This document shows, one piece after another, positions 1-13,069 of a DNA stretch of 64,000 bases. The notes under the pieces are model-generated. The model worked only from the letters and a program-made list of their open reading frames with translations, was not told the origin of the DNA and searched no databases. Positions within the stretch are counted from its first letter, which is position 1. Each line of letters begins with the position of its first letter. The stretch is from the NCBI GenBank assembly GCA_026770705.1, contig JANJGN010000047.1:3534001-3598000 (forward strand), in the 5' to 3' direction. Source of the DNA: Isurus oxyrinchus. Lineage: Eukaryota. The position numbers and the translations under genes are program-made.

Positions 1-352
1 TGCATTTGGACATGGACTGCAGAAGTATTTGAGGAGTCATGAATGGTGCTGAACATTGTACAATGATCAGTAAACATTCCAAGTTCTGACCATATGATGG
101 GAAGAAGGTCATTGATGAAGCATCTGAAGATAGTTGTGTCAAAGACACTAACCTGAAGAACTCCTGCAGTGCTGTCCGGGTGCTGAGGTGATTGACCACC
201 AACAACCACAGCTATCTTCCTCTATGCTAAGCATGACTGCAATCAGCGGAGAGCTCTCTCTAGATTCAAATTGACTTCAGTTTTGCCAGGGTTACTTGAT
301 GTCATACTCGGTCAAACGCTGCCTTGATGTCAAGGGCAATTACTCTCTCGTC
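1..352 (-). mobile_element. Non-LTR retrotransposon (CR1/L2/Jockey group) reverse-transcriptase fragment
   Basis: Reverse strand gives LDIKAAFDRV, a degenerate GVPQGSVLGP-type motif and a CFINDL/FADD-type region; interrupted by stops. Confidence 0.8.
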
Positions 353-499
353 ACGATAGTAAATACCCAAGACGACATTTCCTACATTCCAGTTGGTGCA
401 CGATCAGTCAGCAATGCAAAATTCTGTGATCCCCCCTCTACTGCTGGTCCATTGCTGTTGTCCATTCTTGGAAATTCCTGCCTTTTGATGTGACAGAAA

Positions 500-1000
500 C
501 ATCTTTTTAAAAGCTCTGTGCCACAAATCTGTGGGTAGCATGCAATCAAACGTTTGCAACTTTACAGAGGAACAGTTGCAAACGAGCAGTGACATCTCTC
601 TGAAATGTGTCCGTGCCTGCAGTTCGCTGCAATGCTGCAGGCAAACTTATTGGAGCTGACTTGCAACCGCCAGTGCAACTAATCTTACAACCGTACATTA
701 AAGTGATTTCAATTAAGCAATCAACAGCCCTATACAACAATTACTAATGCTTTTCCCAACAACTCCACGCAAATGCTGCCTCTTTCCGCAATGCTGCCTG
801 TTTGTAAGCAAATTCCCTTAAATGCTGCCAGCTGCTGGCTAGGCCAAAAATAAAAACATTTGATACTTCGAGATGTTTTATTTTTAAAAAGCTGCACAAC
901 GTGTGCTTCATTGTTGAGCTACTTATAAGCGGCACATCATCTGTGTTGCTGAAAAACCAATGCCTTTCCCATGCCTTTTTTTGTCAATCTCTCCTTAGCT
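500..1000 (+). repeat. Copy of the tRNA-array spacer sequence (paralogous to ~50780-51290)
   Basis: Shared collinear blocks such as gcagtgacatc, ccgtgcctg, gttcgctgcaatg, aaagtgatttca, aggccaaaaata. Confidence 0.75.
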
Positions 1001-1241
1001 GTCACCTACCCCTGACATTATATGTTGTTCTACCTGCATCTATCCCTTCAAAACAGTATAAAATCCATCACAAAGATATTGGTGTACATGCTTTGTCTGT
1101 AAATTAACATGTAACAAAGAGGCTAGCGATTGCAGTCTCATTTAGCTAGTCAATGGAGGAAAGATATTTCAGATAGATGTTGTGTTAATGGTTTGCAAGC
1201 CTATAAGGTTGTACAGCATGAGAATTGAAAATTTACTATGG

Positions 1242-2217
1242 TGTTACGGACCATGATGAGAGGTGTGTGGATGTAAATCTAGCAGCACCTCCCCACAGGT
1301 GGCTGCAATCCTTTAAATGTTTAATTAACTCACCAAATGACCATTTATTTACATTTAATGCTGCCATGCACATGCATAACAAAAATCTTTAACCAGGCTT
1401 CTTTCAAGTAAAACAAAATAATTGATTTATTGGAAAACAAAGTACGTATTAAAAAAAAAGTTGCAAAGCTGGTTCACAAACACTTTGCAGTTTGCAGGTG
1501 TAATGATTTCAAGCCCTTTAAAAAAAAAACAAACAGGTACCCCGACACCCGTACACTCACATACAAACACAAACACAAAACAAATACAATCTCTGCAGGG
1601 GCTGGAGTATGGGAGGGTGTTGTTTTAAAGCATAAAGTTAGGAAAGTTCTCGACACTGTTGACCTAACAGAACTCTGGTTACAATAGATCTGGAAGTGCT
1701 TTCAAATGGATCTATGGTGAAACAACGTCTTTGATAATTCTCGTTTTTCACAACGTGGTAGACAGTTTAAAAAATCTAGAGTTATTCTGATAAGACTTTT
1801 CAGGTTGAAGGTTAACTCAATTGCACTGTAGGTAATTCTGCTTAGAGAGAGAGAGAGAGAAGGGGACAGGACGACCAACTCCCTTTGCAGCCTGCTCTCA
1901 AGGCACAACACAAACACACTGACTCTGAGTTCAAAAATAATAAATTGTTCATACTTCTTTGCCCGGCAATAGTCGCTCTTCTTTAACTCTGCTAAACAAA
2001 GAAACTCCTCTCACCCCGTGACCCGCTGGACATCTAGCTGTTGATCTGTGGTTTCCGCAAAAATAACAGCATAAGCAAATTAAACTTGTATTGTAAAAAA
2101 AATCAGGAGCATGAGTCCCTAAAATGAATTGTTTTTCCAACATTCTAAACAGCATGTTCCTCACACTGGTCACATTTATTATCGAATATTTCGGATTAGA
2201 ATGATTTTTAAGTGACA
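1242..2217 (-). mobile_element. Probable solo LTR (gypsy-type) just downstream of GPCR copy A
   Basis: Ends TGTTAC...GTGACA (TG..CA with short inverted termini); TTTATT poly(A) signal on the minus strand; no clean TSD. Confidence 0.5.
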
Positions 2218-2267
2218 GCATGGAATGAACTTTGAAAAGGGACTGATTTGCAATGCTTAGAATTCAG

Positions 2268-3200
2268 CTATTGTTGAGATTCGCTTTCATATTGCCGTTC
2301 AAATAATTTAGCAATTAGAATAAATGGATATTTAAGTCCATTCTTTAACTCCTCTGTAAATTTATTCAGGGTTATTGCATAAATGCAAGTGTTGGTGCAC
2401 GAGCTCAGAAGCCGTAGCAAGAACCCAAATTGTTGGATACAATAGGCTGGATTACTGAAATATTTGTTCGTAAAATTGTAGTTTACAACTTGCCAGTTTA
2501 ACGAATGTGCAACATATGTAATCCACAGCAGGATAAAATTGGCAGACAAAGCAATGAGTAAAATGATGGATTTCCTTCTGTTCTCCATTTCTGGGTCACT
2601 ATCATTCTCTGATCTGCCTTGGCGTCGGAGGCCCTTCCGGAGCCGATTGAGAATTAGAATATTCCTGACAGTCATAGAGTTGAACACCAAAATCAGGATA
2701 AATGGAAGCAACGGTGTTAATATGCTGTCAATCATCTCACACGCTATGCAAAAGGATGAGGTATAAAACTCTTGTGTTTCAATGCAAAAGCATGGTATAT
2801 TGTCGATAATTATGAAAGGAACAAAGGCGAAGTACCAGGGAATGGACCTCACACAGCTGACAAAGCTCACAGTCCCTATAACCACAGTTGCCGTTCTCTT
2901 GTTGCAATATTTTGGTTTTAGTTTCTGACAAGAAATGGCTACAAATCAATCAAAGCTAAAAGCGACTGTGAACCACACGGAACAGTGCAGGGCCGCAAGA
3001 GCCAAAACTATTTTCAGTTTACACACTTGGAGTGATGAGTAAAAAATTAATTGGGAAATAGATGTTATTAATCCGATTCAGTATAACATCAATGGTGACG
3101 AGTAGCAGATCTGGTTTGGTCATTGCCATTAGGTACAGAGTGATACATTTGGAAAGGCCGCAATTCCATCGTTTCAGGATCACAATCACCACAAAGTTCA
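2268..3200 (-). pseudogene. GPR139/GPR142-like orphan class-A GPCR copy A, exon 2 (disabled)
   Basis: Acceptor tttcctgcag|TG AAC at 3202/3200; motifs CGLSKC, MAMTKPDLL, CSVWFTVAFSFD*F, DPEMENRRKSIILL, SSCTNTCIY. A +1 frameshift near 3028 gives TAA 3019-3021; CGA>TGA at 2946-2948 falls in the DRF motif. Confidence 0.9.
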
Positions 3201-3795
3201 CTGCAGGAAATAGGATTAAATAACAACTTCTTAGTAGGCAAATTTCAGATAAAAATGGCATCAGTTTAAAAGGATATACTGTAAAAGTTACGATTATGCA
3301 TCAATTGCAACAAATCTATTGTCATTCCACAGAACAATACAATGCTGCTTTAGGGTGTCATTATACAACAGGTATAAAAATTCAATGAAAAAAATGGAAC
3401 AACATTTTGGTAAGTAACAAATGTTAATAAAGAATAGAGAAATTATAGAAAATAGGTAAAGAACAACAATGGTATATAATGAAATTGAAGATTTTGGTCC
3501 GTGCTGTTATAATTATATTTAGGAGCCAGAAGCACAACATTGTGCTTTCAAATCTCAAGTTGTAAAACTACGTTAAATGAAGCTGCTATTGTCTGGAGTG
3601 GCACTGGACATAATCTTGGAATCTGATACCGAGACATAAAAAAAAATCTGTTTCAGTGTGTCCTGAGGTCAAGGAACCAGTGTTCTTATGGACTGGCATC
3701 CTCGAACACAATATCAGGGTAAATTATGGATAATCAAAGTTCAATGGACCGCTATCAGAACTGGGGGAAAACAAAACATATATTAACTTAAGGAA

Positions 3796-4575
3796 TAGAG
3801 TCATAGAGGTCCACAGTACAGGAAAAGGCACTTTGACCCATCGAGCCTGCTCCGGTCAAATAAGTTCCTAACTATTCTAATCTGATTTTCCGCAACTTGG
3901 CCCATAGCCTTGTATGCCATGGCATCACAAGTGCACATCCAAATACTCCTTAAATGATAGGAGGGTTGCTGCCTCTATCACCCTTTCAGGCAGTGAGTTC
4001 CAGATTCACACCACCCTCTGGGTGAACAAATCATTTCTCACATGCCCCTCACCTTAAATTTATGCCCGCTGGTTATTGATCCCTCCAGCAAGGAGATACT
4101 CTTCTTCCTGCCTACACTATCTATCCCCTCATAATTTTTGAACCTAAAAAATGTACCACTTCTATCTCCTCTATTCCAGGGATAATAACCCCAGTCTTAG
4201 CAATCTCTCCTCATTACTAAAACTCTCCAGCATAGGAAAAATCTTGTTCAATCTCCCTGCACTCTGTCTAGTGAAATAACTTCCTTCCAATAATGTGGAT
4301 TCCAGAACTGCACGCAGCGCTGTAGCCATGGCTTAGCCAGCATTTCATACAGAGAAGGAGAAATCCATCTGGTCCATTGAGGCTGCTTCACCATGCAGTA
4401 TGACCATGGTTGATCTAATTATGGCTTTAACTCTGCTTTCCTCATTGACCCTCATAATACATGACCCCTTTTACAAGCGATAATGTGTGTAACCCAGCCT
4501 TGAATATATTCAATGACCGAGCATCCACTGCTGTCCAGGGAAAGATATTTCCAAGGACTAGCGACCCCCTGGCGG
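3796..4575 (-). mobile_element. Two CR1-type LINE 3' fragments in the copy A intron
   Basis: Microsatellite-like tail (atagagtcatagag) followed by CR1 3'UTR/ORF2 C-terminal sequence (taatgtggattccagaactgcac reads VQFWNPHY in reverse). Confidence 0.75.
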
Positions 4576-5559
4576 AATTTCGTCTTCCTCAAATTACAGT
4601 CCCAACCAGTTTAAGCAAATGCAGTTACACGAAAGGGAGTGCTGGCGAACAACAGGAGGAAGTCTAGGGTAGATTAGATGACGGAGACAATGATGTTGCA
4701 ATTGAAAATCAGAGCATGATGGTACAAGGAAAGAAATAAAAGGCCGGCCTACAGTTTGTGCAAATGCAAAAGACAGCAATACTAGCAAGTGATTCTTTAC
4801 CTTTATCACCATCCCTATCATCATTCCTCCACTCATTCCTTCCACTCTATCACAAATATTCCGCACTGTTCTCTCCTACCTCCCCAATTTTCCTTTCTCG
4901 TCCATTGCTCGTGGAATGCCAGGAGAAAATTGGAAGTAGGAAAGGAAACAGGGTTTGGAAAGGAGAGGTGTTAATGAGTAGCACTAGTGTTAGAGGCCAG
5001 GATGATGGTGCTTTATAACAGATACAGTAGCGTGGAGTTTATATTATGGGACTAGTCTATGCTCGAATGGTTGTTTCCCGACATGAATTTCATTTAAAAA
5101 TAACCAATTTTCTCAGTATCGAAGCTCATGTCATTAAATGGGGAGCATCAATGTGAATCGGAATGTGGCTGTGAGTCAGAAAAATGAAAATATTACTAAT
5201 TTGTATCAATCCACTCAAGGGGGTTACACACGTGTCTCGCTGGGTATTAAACCAATCCTCTTGTTGATATAAACTAATGAGCTGAATTTCGATATAAAGA
5301 TAATACTTTCAATATTTACATATGAGACAAGCCGTGGAATTATAGAAAATGGCGAAGAGAAGCTCTTCATGAGGACACAAACTGAGAAGTGAAAGGTGCA
5401 AAAATCTGACTGGTCAAAGTAAACTTGGATAAATGTGGTGCTTCAGCCTGGAAGAGAGAAACCTGACAGGCTGTACTAACTTCAAGGTGAAATGGAATAC
5501 CAGCTGATGAGAAAGCCGCTAACAAGGCATAATAATGATAAATAGAGACACAGAGAAGA

Positions 5560-6060
5560 AACACGTGTCAGCCACGGGAAACATTAATGAAGAACTTCAA
5601 CAGGACTGATGGACCTCAGTTACGCGGAGAGTATAGAGATGCAGGAATTATTCCTCTTTGAGCGGGAAAAGTAAAAAAAAATGACATGATCGATGTGTTC
5701 AAACATATTAAGTGCTTTGCTATTTAAGGTAGCTAGAAACGCCGTCCATTGGCATGAGTGTCAATAACCAGAAGACACATAATTATGATAATTGACAAAA
5801 TAAATAACCAGCGAGGACACGCAGACTTTTTCTTCCCATTTACACAACATGTTGATTTGGTCTGTAATACTTATTTAAATTAATGAAGAAAACAAATTAT
5901 TTCGTGACTTTCAGAAGCGAACTGGCTCCCTACTTAAAATCAAATAATTTTCAGGCTATTGGGAAAGAGCAGAATCGTGAGATTATTTAACAGCTTTAAC
6001 AAATATATTTGAAAGATGAAGAAAATGGCTTATTTCCATGCTGTATGATTTAATGAATTA
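5560..6060 (+). mobile_element. Degenerate CR1 LINE 3' end
   Basis: Typical CR1 ORF2 end (LSY.E...LFxLE.....GDxIxVFK) and 3'UTR. Confidence 0.6.
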
Positions 6061-6489
6061 AATGTCTTCGAGCAGTAAAATTGACCACCTAGACATTTGA
6101 ATATCATAAATACCTAATAGATTTGTTAATCCCCTTCAGGTAAGGAGATAAAACATTACTCTCTAAGGTACCATCTGAAGTTGTCCAGCCATCCATTCAG
6201 CTGTAACAACGGTTAACAAGCAGCAATGTGGAATCACATGAAACTCACGGACTGTAACATTTAAAGAGGGAGGGACAAAAGGTATAGGAAATAAATATCA
6301 GTTCTGCCAGTGACGCGCATATCGCAAAATCGAATAAAATCAAGACATCTTTTTTCAAATGACTAATTTGTTTCTCTTTCTTCAATTAAGATACAAATTA
6401 AACAAGTTGTGTTAAGCAAGAAGGAGTTTGGTTTAAATAACCACTCATCCTACTTACAATGTTAAGCATTCATTTACACCTGCATTTGA

Positions 6490-6940
6490 AAAGAAAGCGC
6501 AAGACACACTTATCTTACCGCTTTCACGACCACAAGACGGCACAAAGTTCCTCAGAGCTAATTAAATTCTTCTGAACTGCTGCCAGTGTCATATTTTAAG
6601 AAACGGCCAATTTGCGCTTAACAAACTCTCACAAATACCAACGTGAAACGCTTAGGTAATCTGCGGTCTGTAGCATTTATTGTGGGGTGAGTATTGGTCA
6701 GGTTATGTGGGATCATTCGCCCTGTTTATTGGGTATTGCTATGAAATTCTGAATCCCTAATTCAGAGAACAGAGGGAAATCTATTTAACGACTGATCCGA
6801 AAGGCAATGCAAAGCTCCCTCAATATCGGACTGAAATGTCGGCTGTTATTTTTGTACCCAAGTCCTGGGTTCCGCCTTGAGCACATAACCTTCTGACACA
6901 AAGGCGAGAAGAGTACCAATTTAGATACATTCGAACACTA
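6490..6940 (-). mobile_element. tRNA-derived DeuSINE (SacSINE1-like)
   Basis: tRNA-like head at the right end (reverse of ttgagcacataaccttctgacacaaaggcgag) and Deu-domain-like ggccaatttgcgc...ctcacaaatac. Confidence 0.65.
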
Positions 6941-8348
6941 TATTTGCAACATTGAAGAGTTTTTGTAATGAATTAAATTCGGATAATAATTGAAAAAGAC
7001 TACGACGCTGAGCATAGGAGTTAAGATGTGTTTTCAAGTGTCAGGTCCAGTATTGAAGTGGTGAGAAAACTTTCAAGCTGCATATTTCTCCAGATGCGAC
7101 TAAGGCGCTGAAGTAAGAAATACCTGTTGCAGCAATCATTCAGAATGGCTTTGTTCCATGGGCGAACTACTAATTTCACATGAGAGCTAAACGGTGGAGG
7201 GATGAAATAAGCGGGAGTTTTCTATCTCAGAAGTTAGCTACAATTCTAGAGCATTGGGTTATAAACAACTTATTGCGGATCTTACCTTAATTTGTGACCA
7301 TTAAAACACATGTTGCGTGATTATGTTCATTATCTTGCTCGGTGCTGAATTTTTTTTATCCTATTGCTCGTATAAAGAGTGCAAAATATGTAAAGTTGAT
7401 TAACTTTATTTAATGTATTTGCTATTGTTTCTCCTTGTCTCTATTTCAACAAGGAAAGTACAAATTTTAACGCTGCGTTAAACAGTGACAGGTAGAAAGC
7501 CATCTCGGACAATAGCGCAAAATGACTGAATCATGTCAGTCGCCCATTGCAAGCAATGCTGGGTATTTGGTAAGGTTGACAGTAATGGCCCTAAATATCA
7601 GCTGCTGAGTGTGATAGTCGGTTGATCCAACACCAACACCTGTGCATTACTATCTGAAATGAATTTCGATCTCTCAGAGTTTAAAACGACAGTACATCGT
7701 TACAGAAGATATGGAGTGTACAATTTCACCTGAAATATTGAACATCTCGTGAAGTATGAGTAGAATTAGAAAGGTTAACACGTGGTTCTCAGATTTAAGA
7801 TAATATTGAAATTTAATGACTATATTTTACATTGTAGAATGACTCCATATTGTATTGTGTTATTTTCCTTCTCATTGGCCAACGAAATCAATCAATCAAT
7901 CAATCAAATGAAAGGTGCCCAACACACCTGCCAGCAAACCAAATTAAATGTTTATTTATCGCAAACAAAAAATAAGTTAAAAAATACTAACATAGAAAGT
8001 TCATTGGCCTAGATTGAATAAACCACTTACAAGAATATGAGAATTAAAAACAGCTCTTAACCATGAACCTACATTAAAACTCTGATTGTAGTATTTGTAC
8101 TGTACAAAAGTCTATAAAGGCGAAGATTCCAGCAATATTAACTGCATCCAGCACTGAAAAAAGCAGAGTGTATCTAAGCAACCCTCCCACAGCAAAAGGA
8201 AAACTACTCTTGTTTGAACAAGTAATAATGACTTTGTAACTTCATAACACACAGAGCAATCTGAGTATGTTCCTGTACAAGGCAGTGAGCAAGAATAGTA
8301 ACAAATCAACATTGCTTAACACCATTAATTCAGGATCCAAAGGCTTAC

Positions 8349-8418
8349 CAGTAACGCCCATAGCTGTAAGAACAGGGTAGAATATGCTTTCTATTTGCAA
8401 GATTAATGGATATCCCAT
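8349..8418 (-). pseudogene. GPCR copy A, exon 1 (N-terminus and first half of TM1)
   Basis: ATG...MGYPLILQIESIFYPVLTAMGVT + G|GTAAG donor; 70 nt; phase-1 intron matches the exon 2 acceptor. Confidence 0.88.
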
Positions 8419-8485
8419 TATCTAAGACGTAAGTATACGTGTGAAGCCAACTACTTAAATATCATTGCGCCTTCGAAGAATTCGC

Positions 8486-8572
8486 TATTTATATTAGAGA
8501 GAATTCTCTGGGGAGACTATTGGGCTGGTTACATCATAAACAATATTAGTTACAGTTATTTAACAAACAATA
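8486..8572 (-). promoter_or_regulatory. Proximal promoter of GPCR copy A: forkhead-like, TAACTAA, C/EBP-like, O/E(EBF)-like site, TATA
   Basis: Minus strand: TTGTTTGTT 8570-8562, TAACTAA 8552-8546, TGATGTAA 8536-8529, TCCCCAGAGA 8514-8505, TATAAATA 8493-8486; first three motifs have the same spacing as upstream of copy B. Confidence 0.6.
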
Positions 8573-9849
8573 AGGTAAAAACGTAGACCAAAGATAATGA
8601 TGATACTAATGTTTTGAAATTTCCTCAGAAAAAAAAACACAACTGCTAGTGGCAATATAGCTATTCTTATCCACGTATTATTAGAGGTGTATACACACCT
8701 CAGCTACTGCTCCGATACAAGTTCTCTGCAAGCAGATGTAGGAACAGTTAATCGAGGGGGTCTTGGCTTTGCAAATTAATTTGAACATTTCGCTTCAAGC
8801 CACGAACCATCCAGACATTGGCATATATGTTTTTTTCCCTCATCATTTCCATCCAGATTCCTTGGAAATAATTTCCAAAACGACTAACTACAACTTTAAC
8901 GTCTGCAAAAGCTCAAGAAGAAACAAGTGTTGGTCGGCAACGAGTGATGTTTAAGAAAAGTGGCCTGGCCAATATCACCCACACTCTAAACACAAGGTTA
9001 AAGCAAAAACCTTGGCATGAGGAAAGCCGATATGATTCCTTAATTTTTCCTTAATCCCTTAATTTTAATTGATAATTTTAATTGATAATAGTTAATTAAA
9101 CTTGATGATAGATTTTAAAAGTCTAGCCTGAGGAAGACAGCAGTAAATCTTTAACACAACAATTTTGGCCAGAGTCTGCCCTGAAAACAGGTTTAACAGA
9201 ATGCATATATTGCAATTGCGAACGAAATATCAAAGTGGGTTCAGGCATGAGAAGATCATCTATCAAAATTGAAGATCCATAGAATCGCCTCCAGCCTGCC
9301 ATGCCACCTCACCACAATAACCCATTCCCTTCAGCACATGTAACTAAAAGATAAAGTCCAGTCAGCCAGATATTCCTTTCAACCGTTCCATCCCATTAAT
9401 TCATAGTGTTTCCTTCAGCTCATACAGCACATCTGCGTACAGTATTCCATTTAATCCATCTAAATTTCTCACTCGACATGATTCCTTCAGCAATCATTTC
9501 CTGGAATAAGGCCTCTGTGTTTCCTGTGTTGTTAATGGTTATGGGGTTAATACTGACTCTAATGGCATTAACTGGCTCAAGATATGCAGCCCCAGACCCT
9601 GATCCCCTCAATCCGCCCCATTTCCCCTCCACTCCCACGCAATCAGTTGGTCATTGTGTCGCTAGCTGGTTATAGCCGATACAGATATCGTCTTACACCT
9701 CGAGGCCAAATCAGGTTGACATTTCGCGATGAGTTCTTCATACTGCACTCATGGAAATCACATCGAGTTTACAGCACAGAAATGGACAATTGTGCCTGCG
9801 CCGGCCAACGGACACGCTACCTTGTTTAATCCGACGGTATACCAATGTG

Positions 9850-10550
9850 CTGCCACGCCTGGTGGGTCTGGCTTGACTTAAATTTGGTCGTTAATTCGGG
9901 GGAGTTGCAAGTGCAGAGAACTGAAACATGCCTTCCGCCTAGTTCGCAATCAACGACTTTAGGCGTTTTGAGCAAGTTAGGACATCAGTAAATAACAGAA
10001 CAAATATCAGGCCAACTGCCGTTGTGATTTATGTAATTATCTCAGTAACAAACATACAGCAAAGCTGCTTCTGAGTGGGAAAAAGCTCATTGTTAGTTTC
10101 CCTCTATCTTCGTAACAAGATTGTTTGAGAGAATTTGGAACGACAGCAAGATGCATGAGGAAGCATTGGCTACTCAGCGACCTAGTTTATGTTTGAACTG
10201 CACGGGCAATGAGGAAGACTTTGCCAAGCTGGATATTTTGCTTCGTTCCTGGCGGGCTTCAAAGTATTTAACAGCACATTGGGAGTTCGTTGTGCAGCTT
10301 AAAAAAAACATCACGAAGCAGCAAATGTATTTTGGCCTAGCCGGCAGCTGACTGTTAAGAAATACGCTTATGGATAGACTTTGATGAAAGAGGTATCGGA
10401 AATAAAATGACTTCTGGCAGCTGCAGTCATAAACAGGGCCACAACAAAATTCAAGCAAAAACAACTCAGATTTAAACATTACAACATTGGCAAAATTTCG
10501 GTAATGGGAAATGTGCGCAGTAAAAATGTTCGCCCTCAATTATGGTAACT
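9850..10550 (-). repeat. Inverted copy of the tRNA-array spacer
   Basis: Reverse complement matches 51050-51570 (e.g. catacagcaaagct, tttggcctagccggcagctgactgttaagaaata). Confidence 0.7.
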
Positions 10551-11169
10551 CATTGTTGGAAGTCCGTTTTTTATTCCTTCAACATTTCACCCCATAACGC
10601 AGTTCAAAGTAAACTCATAGTTTAATGCACAGTTAACGTACACACCAATTATCTCAAAAGCAGGCGAAACTGGTGGTTGAGTATAATTCCGCAGATGAAA
10701 GGATGCATCAGGAGGTGGATAAACGTAGCAGGTTGTGAGTTATCCATTAATTCATTCAACACAGATAGAGGTAATTGGACTAATCATACATTTGACCATT
10801 TTTAAAATAACCATTCCAATTGGTAGGAATGAAACTGCCTTGCACCGTTAGCTCTGTTTGTTTTCCCATAATTCATGTCGGCATTCGGACGCTCTGATAA
10901 GTAAATGTTTTCAATTGGCCTTGTAGCTCCTTCAACAGGAAGAATCCTCAGTGATGTTTGCAGCACTACCGTGATGCATAAAACAAATCTTTGCATTAAC
11001 CCTCCGGGGTTCAGAATTCTAAGGAATAGCTTCCAGTCCAGTGAAGGAATTTCTCTTCACCTCAGTCACAATGTTCGGTCTCTTATCCAGACATTGTGGC
11101 CACAACCAACCCCCAATCCGGACCCCCGCCCGCAGTCCCCAAACCCAACCCCGATCCCCATCCCCATAT

Positions 11170-11700
11170 TTTGGATTCCCCTGTTAGCAGAAAACACCTC
11201 TCAGCCTCTGTCCTGTCAAGCCACTTCAGAATTGTGCATGTTTCACTCAAACCACCTCTCATTCTTCTAAACTCCAGAAAATATAGGCCCAAATAAATCC
11301 GTCTCACATAATAGGCCAAGCCTTCCTGCCCAGGCACCAATTTAGTGACCATTCCTTGTGGCGTCTGCAATGCAAACATATCCTTCCTGAAGCGGGGGCT
11401 CGAAAACTGCACATTTTATTCCAGATGTGGTCTCACCCAAACTCTGTGCAATTATAGCAAGAGTTCTTTATTGTTGTGCACCCCTGGCAATGATGGTCCA
11501 CATGACTCTTGCCTTCTTAATTGCTTCCTATTCCTGCCTGCTAACTTAGTGTGTTCATTCAACAAGTACACCCAAATCTCCCTGAACATCAACATTTATT
11601 AGTTCAACACTTTAAGAAAATGGATTTTCTACACTTATAACCAAAGTGAATAAACCTCTCCACATAACATCATCTTGTTGCTGATTCACTTAACCTGCCT
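11170..11700 (-). mobile_element. CR1 LINE 3' fragment
   Basis: aaaactgcacattttattccagatgtggtctcacc and neighbouring CR1 ORF2 C-terminal motifs in reverse. Confidence 0.7.
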
Positions 11701-12404
11701 TTTTATCTGAAGATTATTTCTGTCTTAAATAACTCAATGGCATTGTATCCTTCACCCTCATCTCTCTGTCACAAACTTTATGCTGCTGCAATTTCTGTGC
11801 ATATTTTTTCTAACCATCTGAAACTTATATTTTCACAAGCATCTCCTCATCAACATCCTACCTGACTCACTGTCTTTCACAGAAACATACACAAAAACAC
11901 AACCTAAATTAAAATAATACCTCATAAACGCACTTTCTTTCGATAACATTCACAACACCCCGTCTCCCACACACAGCCCACACAGCATGTATCGGCCAAT
12001 CTCTCTTCTCTCTTTTTTCTCTCTCACACACATACAAACACACACATAGAAACACAAACACACACACTAACATACATGTTCTCTCCATTTAGATTTTCAA
12101 AGCACATTCTAAATATAAATCTGGCTAAAGTCAGAAAAAGCACTTTCAGGGCACAGTTCAGTAAGTTGGCTCCAAAAGCAAAAAAGAGTGTCTTCAGTGA
12201 CTGGCAGAAGGTAGCATTTCGCACAAACCGATGCTTGGGCCACTGCCGTTCACTTTATAGATATGGAAACGCAGTAGGGAGTCAGAAGTTTAATTTCAAA
12301 CTTCGTGAATGGCACGATTTAAGGGGGAGGAGAACTGTGATGAAATATAGGGCGGCATTCCTAACTGTGAGAATGTGAATGTAATTACCAAATGTACTTC
12401 AATG

Positions 12405-13050
12405 CGAGAACATAAGGACATGTGGAATAGGAGCAGGAGAAAACCAAACAGCCCATCGAGACTGCTCCGAAAGCCAACAGGTGAATGGCTGATCTTCGGC
12501 TGCAACTCCACTTTCCCACACACTCCCCATTTCCCTAGATTTCATGACAGACCAAATTCGGTCTCTCTCAGCCTTCAACGTTTTCAGTGCTGGATCATCT
12601 ATAGGCTTCTGGAAGAAAAACATTTCAAAATTCATAGATTTTGAGTGAAGAGGTTTTATCTCATTTTTTCAAATAATTGGCCATTTATCCTGAGATTGTG
12701 ACCACTTACAGATTGCAAGATAGGAGAAACTACCTGTTTGCACCAATTATGTGAAACCCCCTCTTAGGTATTTCAGTAAGATCGCCTCTCATCCTTCCAG
12801 AACCCACAGAATATTAGAGATTATCACTCAGCCTCGCATAATATGAGCGATCTAGCTCATTTTCGCTATTCTGTTTCCATTGTCCTTCCAGAATATGATG
12901 ACCAAAACTCTACACGATAACCCAGGTGCGGTCTCACAAAAACCCCGTGCAGCTGGAAAAGTGTGGATGTTTCTTTTTAATGCGCTTACAATATCCACTA
13001 GCAATAAAGGCCAACGTGTCATTTCCTTTCCGAATTGCTTTCTGTGCTTT
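12405..13050 (-). mobile_element. CR1 LINE 3' fragment
   Basis: gaacataaggacatgtggaataggagcagg tail plus reversed ORF2 end. Confidence 0.7.
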
Positions 13051-13069
13051 TTTCTGAAGGAGGTTTGAT

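Noticed and set aside
9230-9640. Protein-like minus-strand stretch
   Set aside because: Multiple stops and no identifiable family motif
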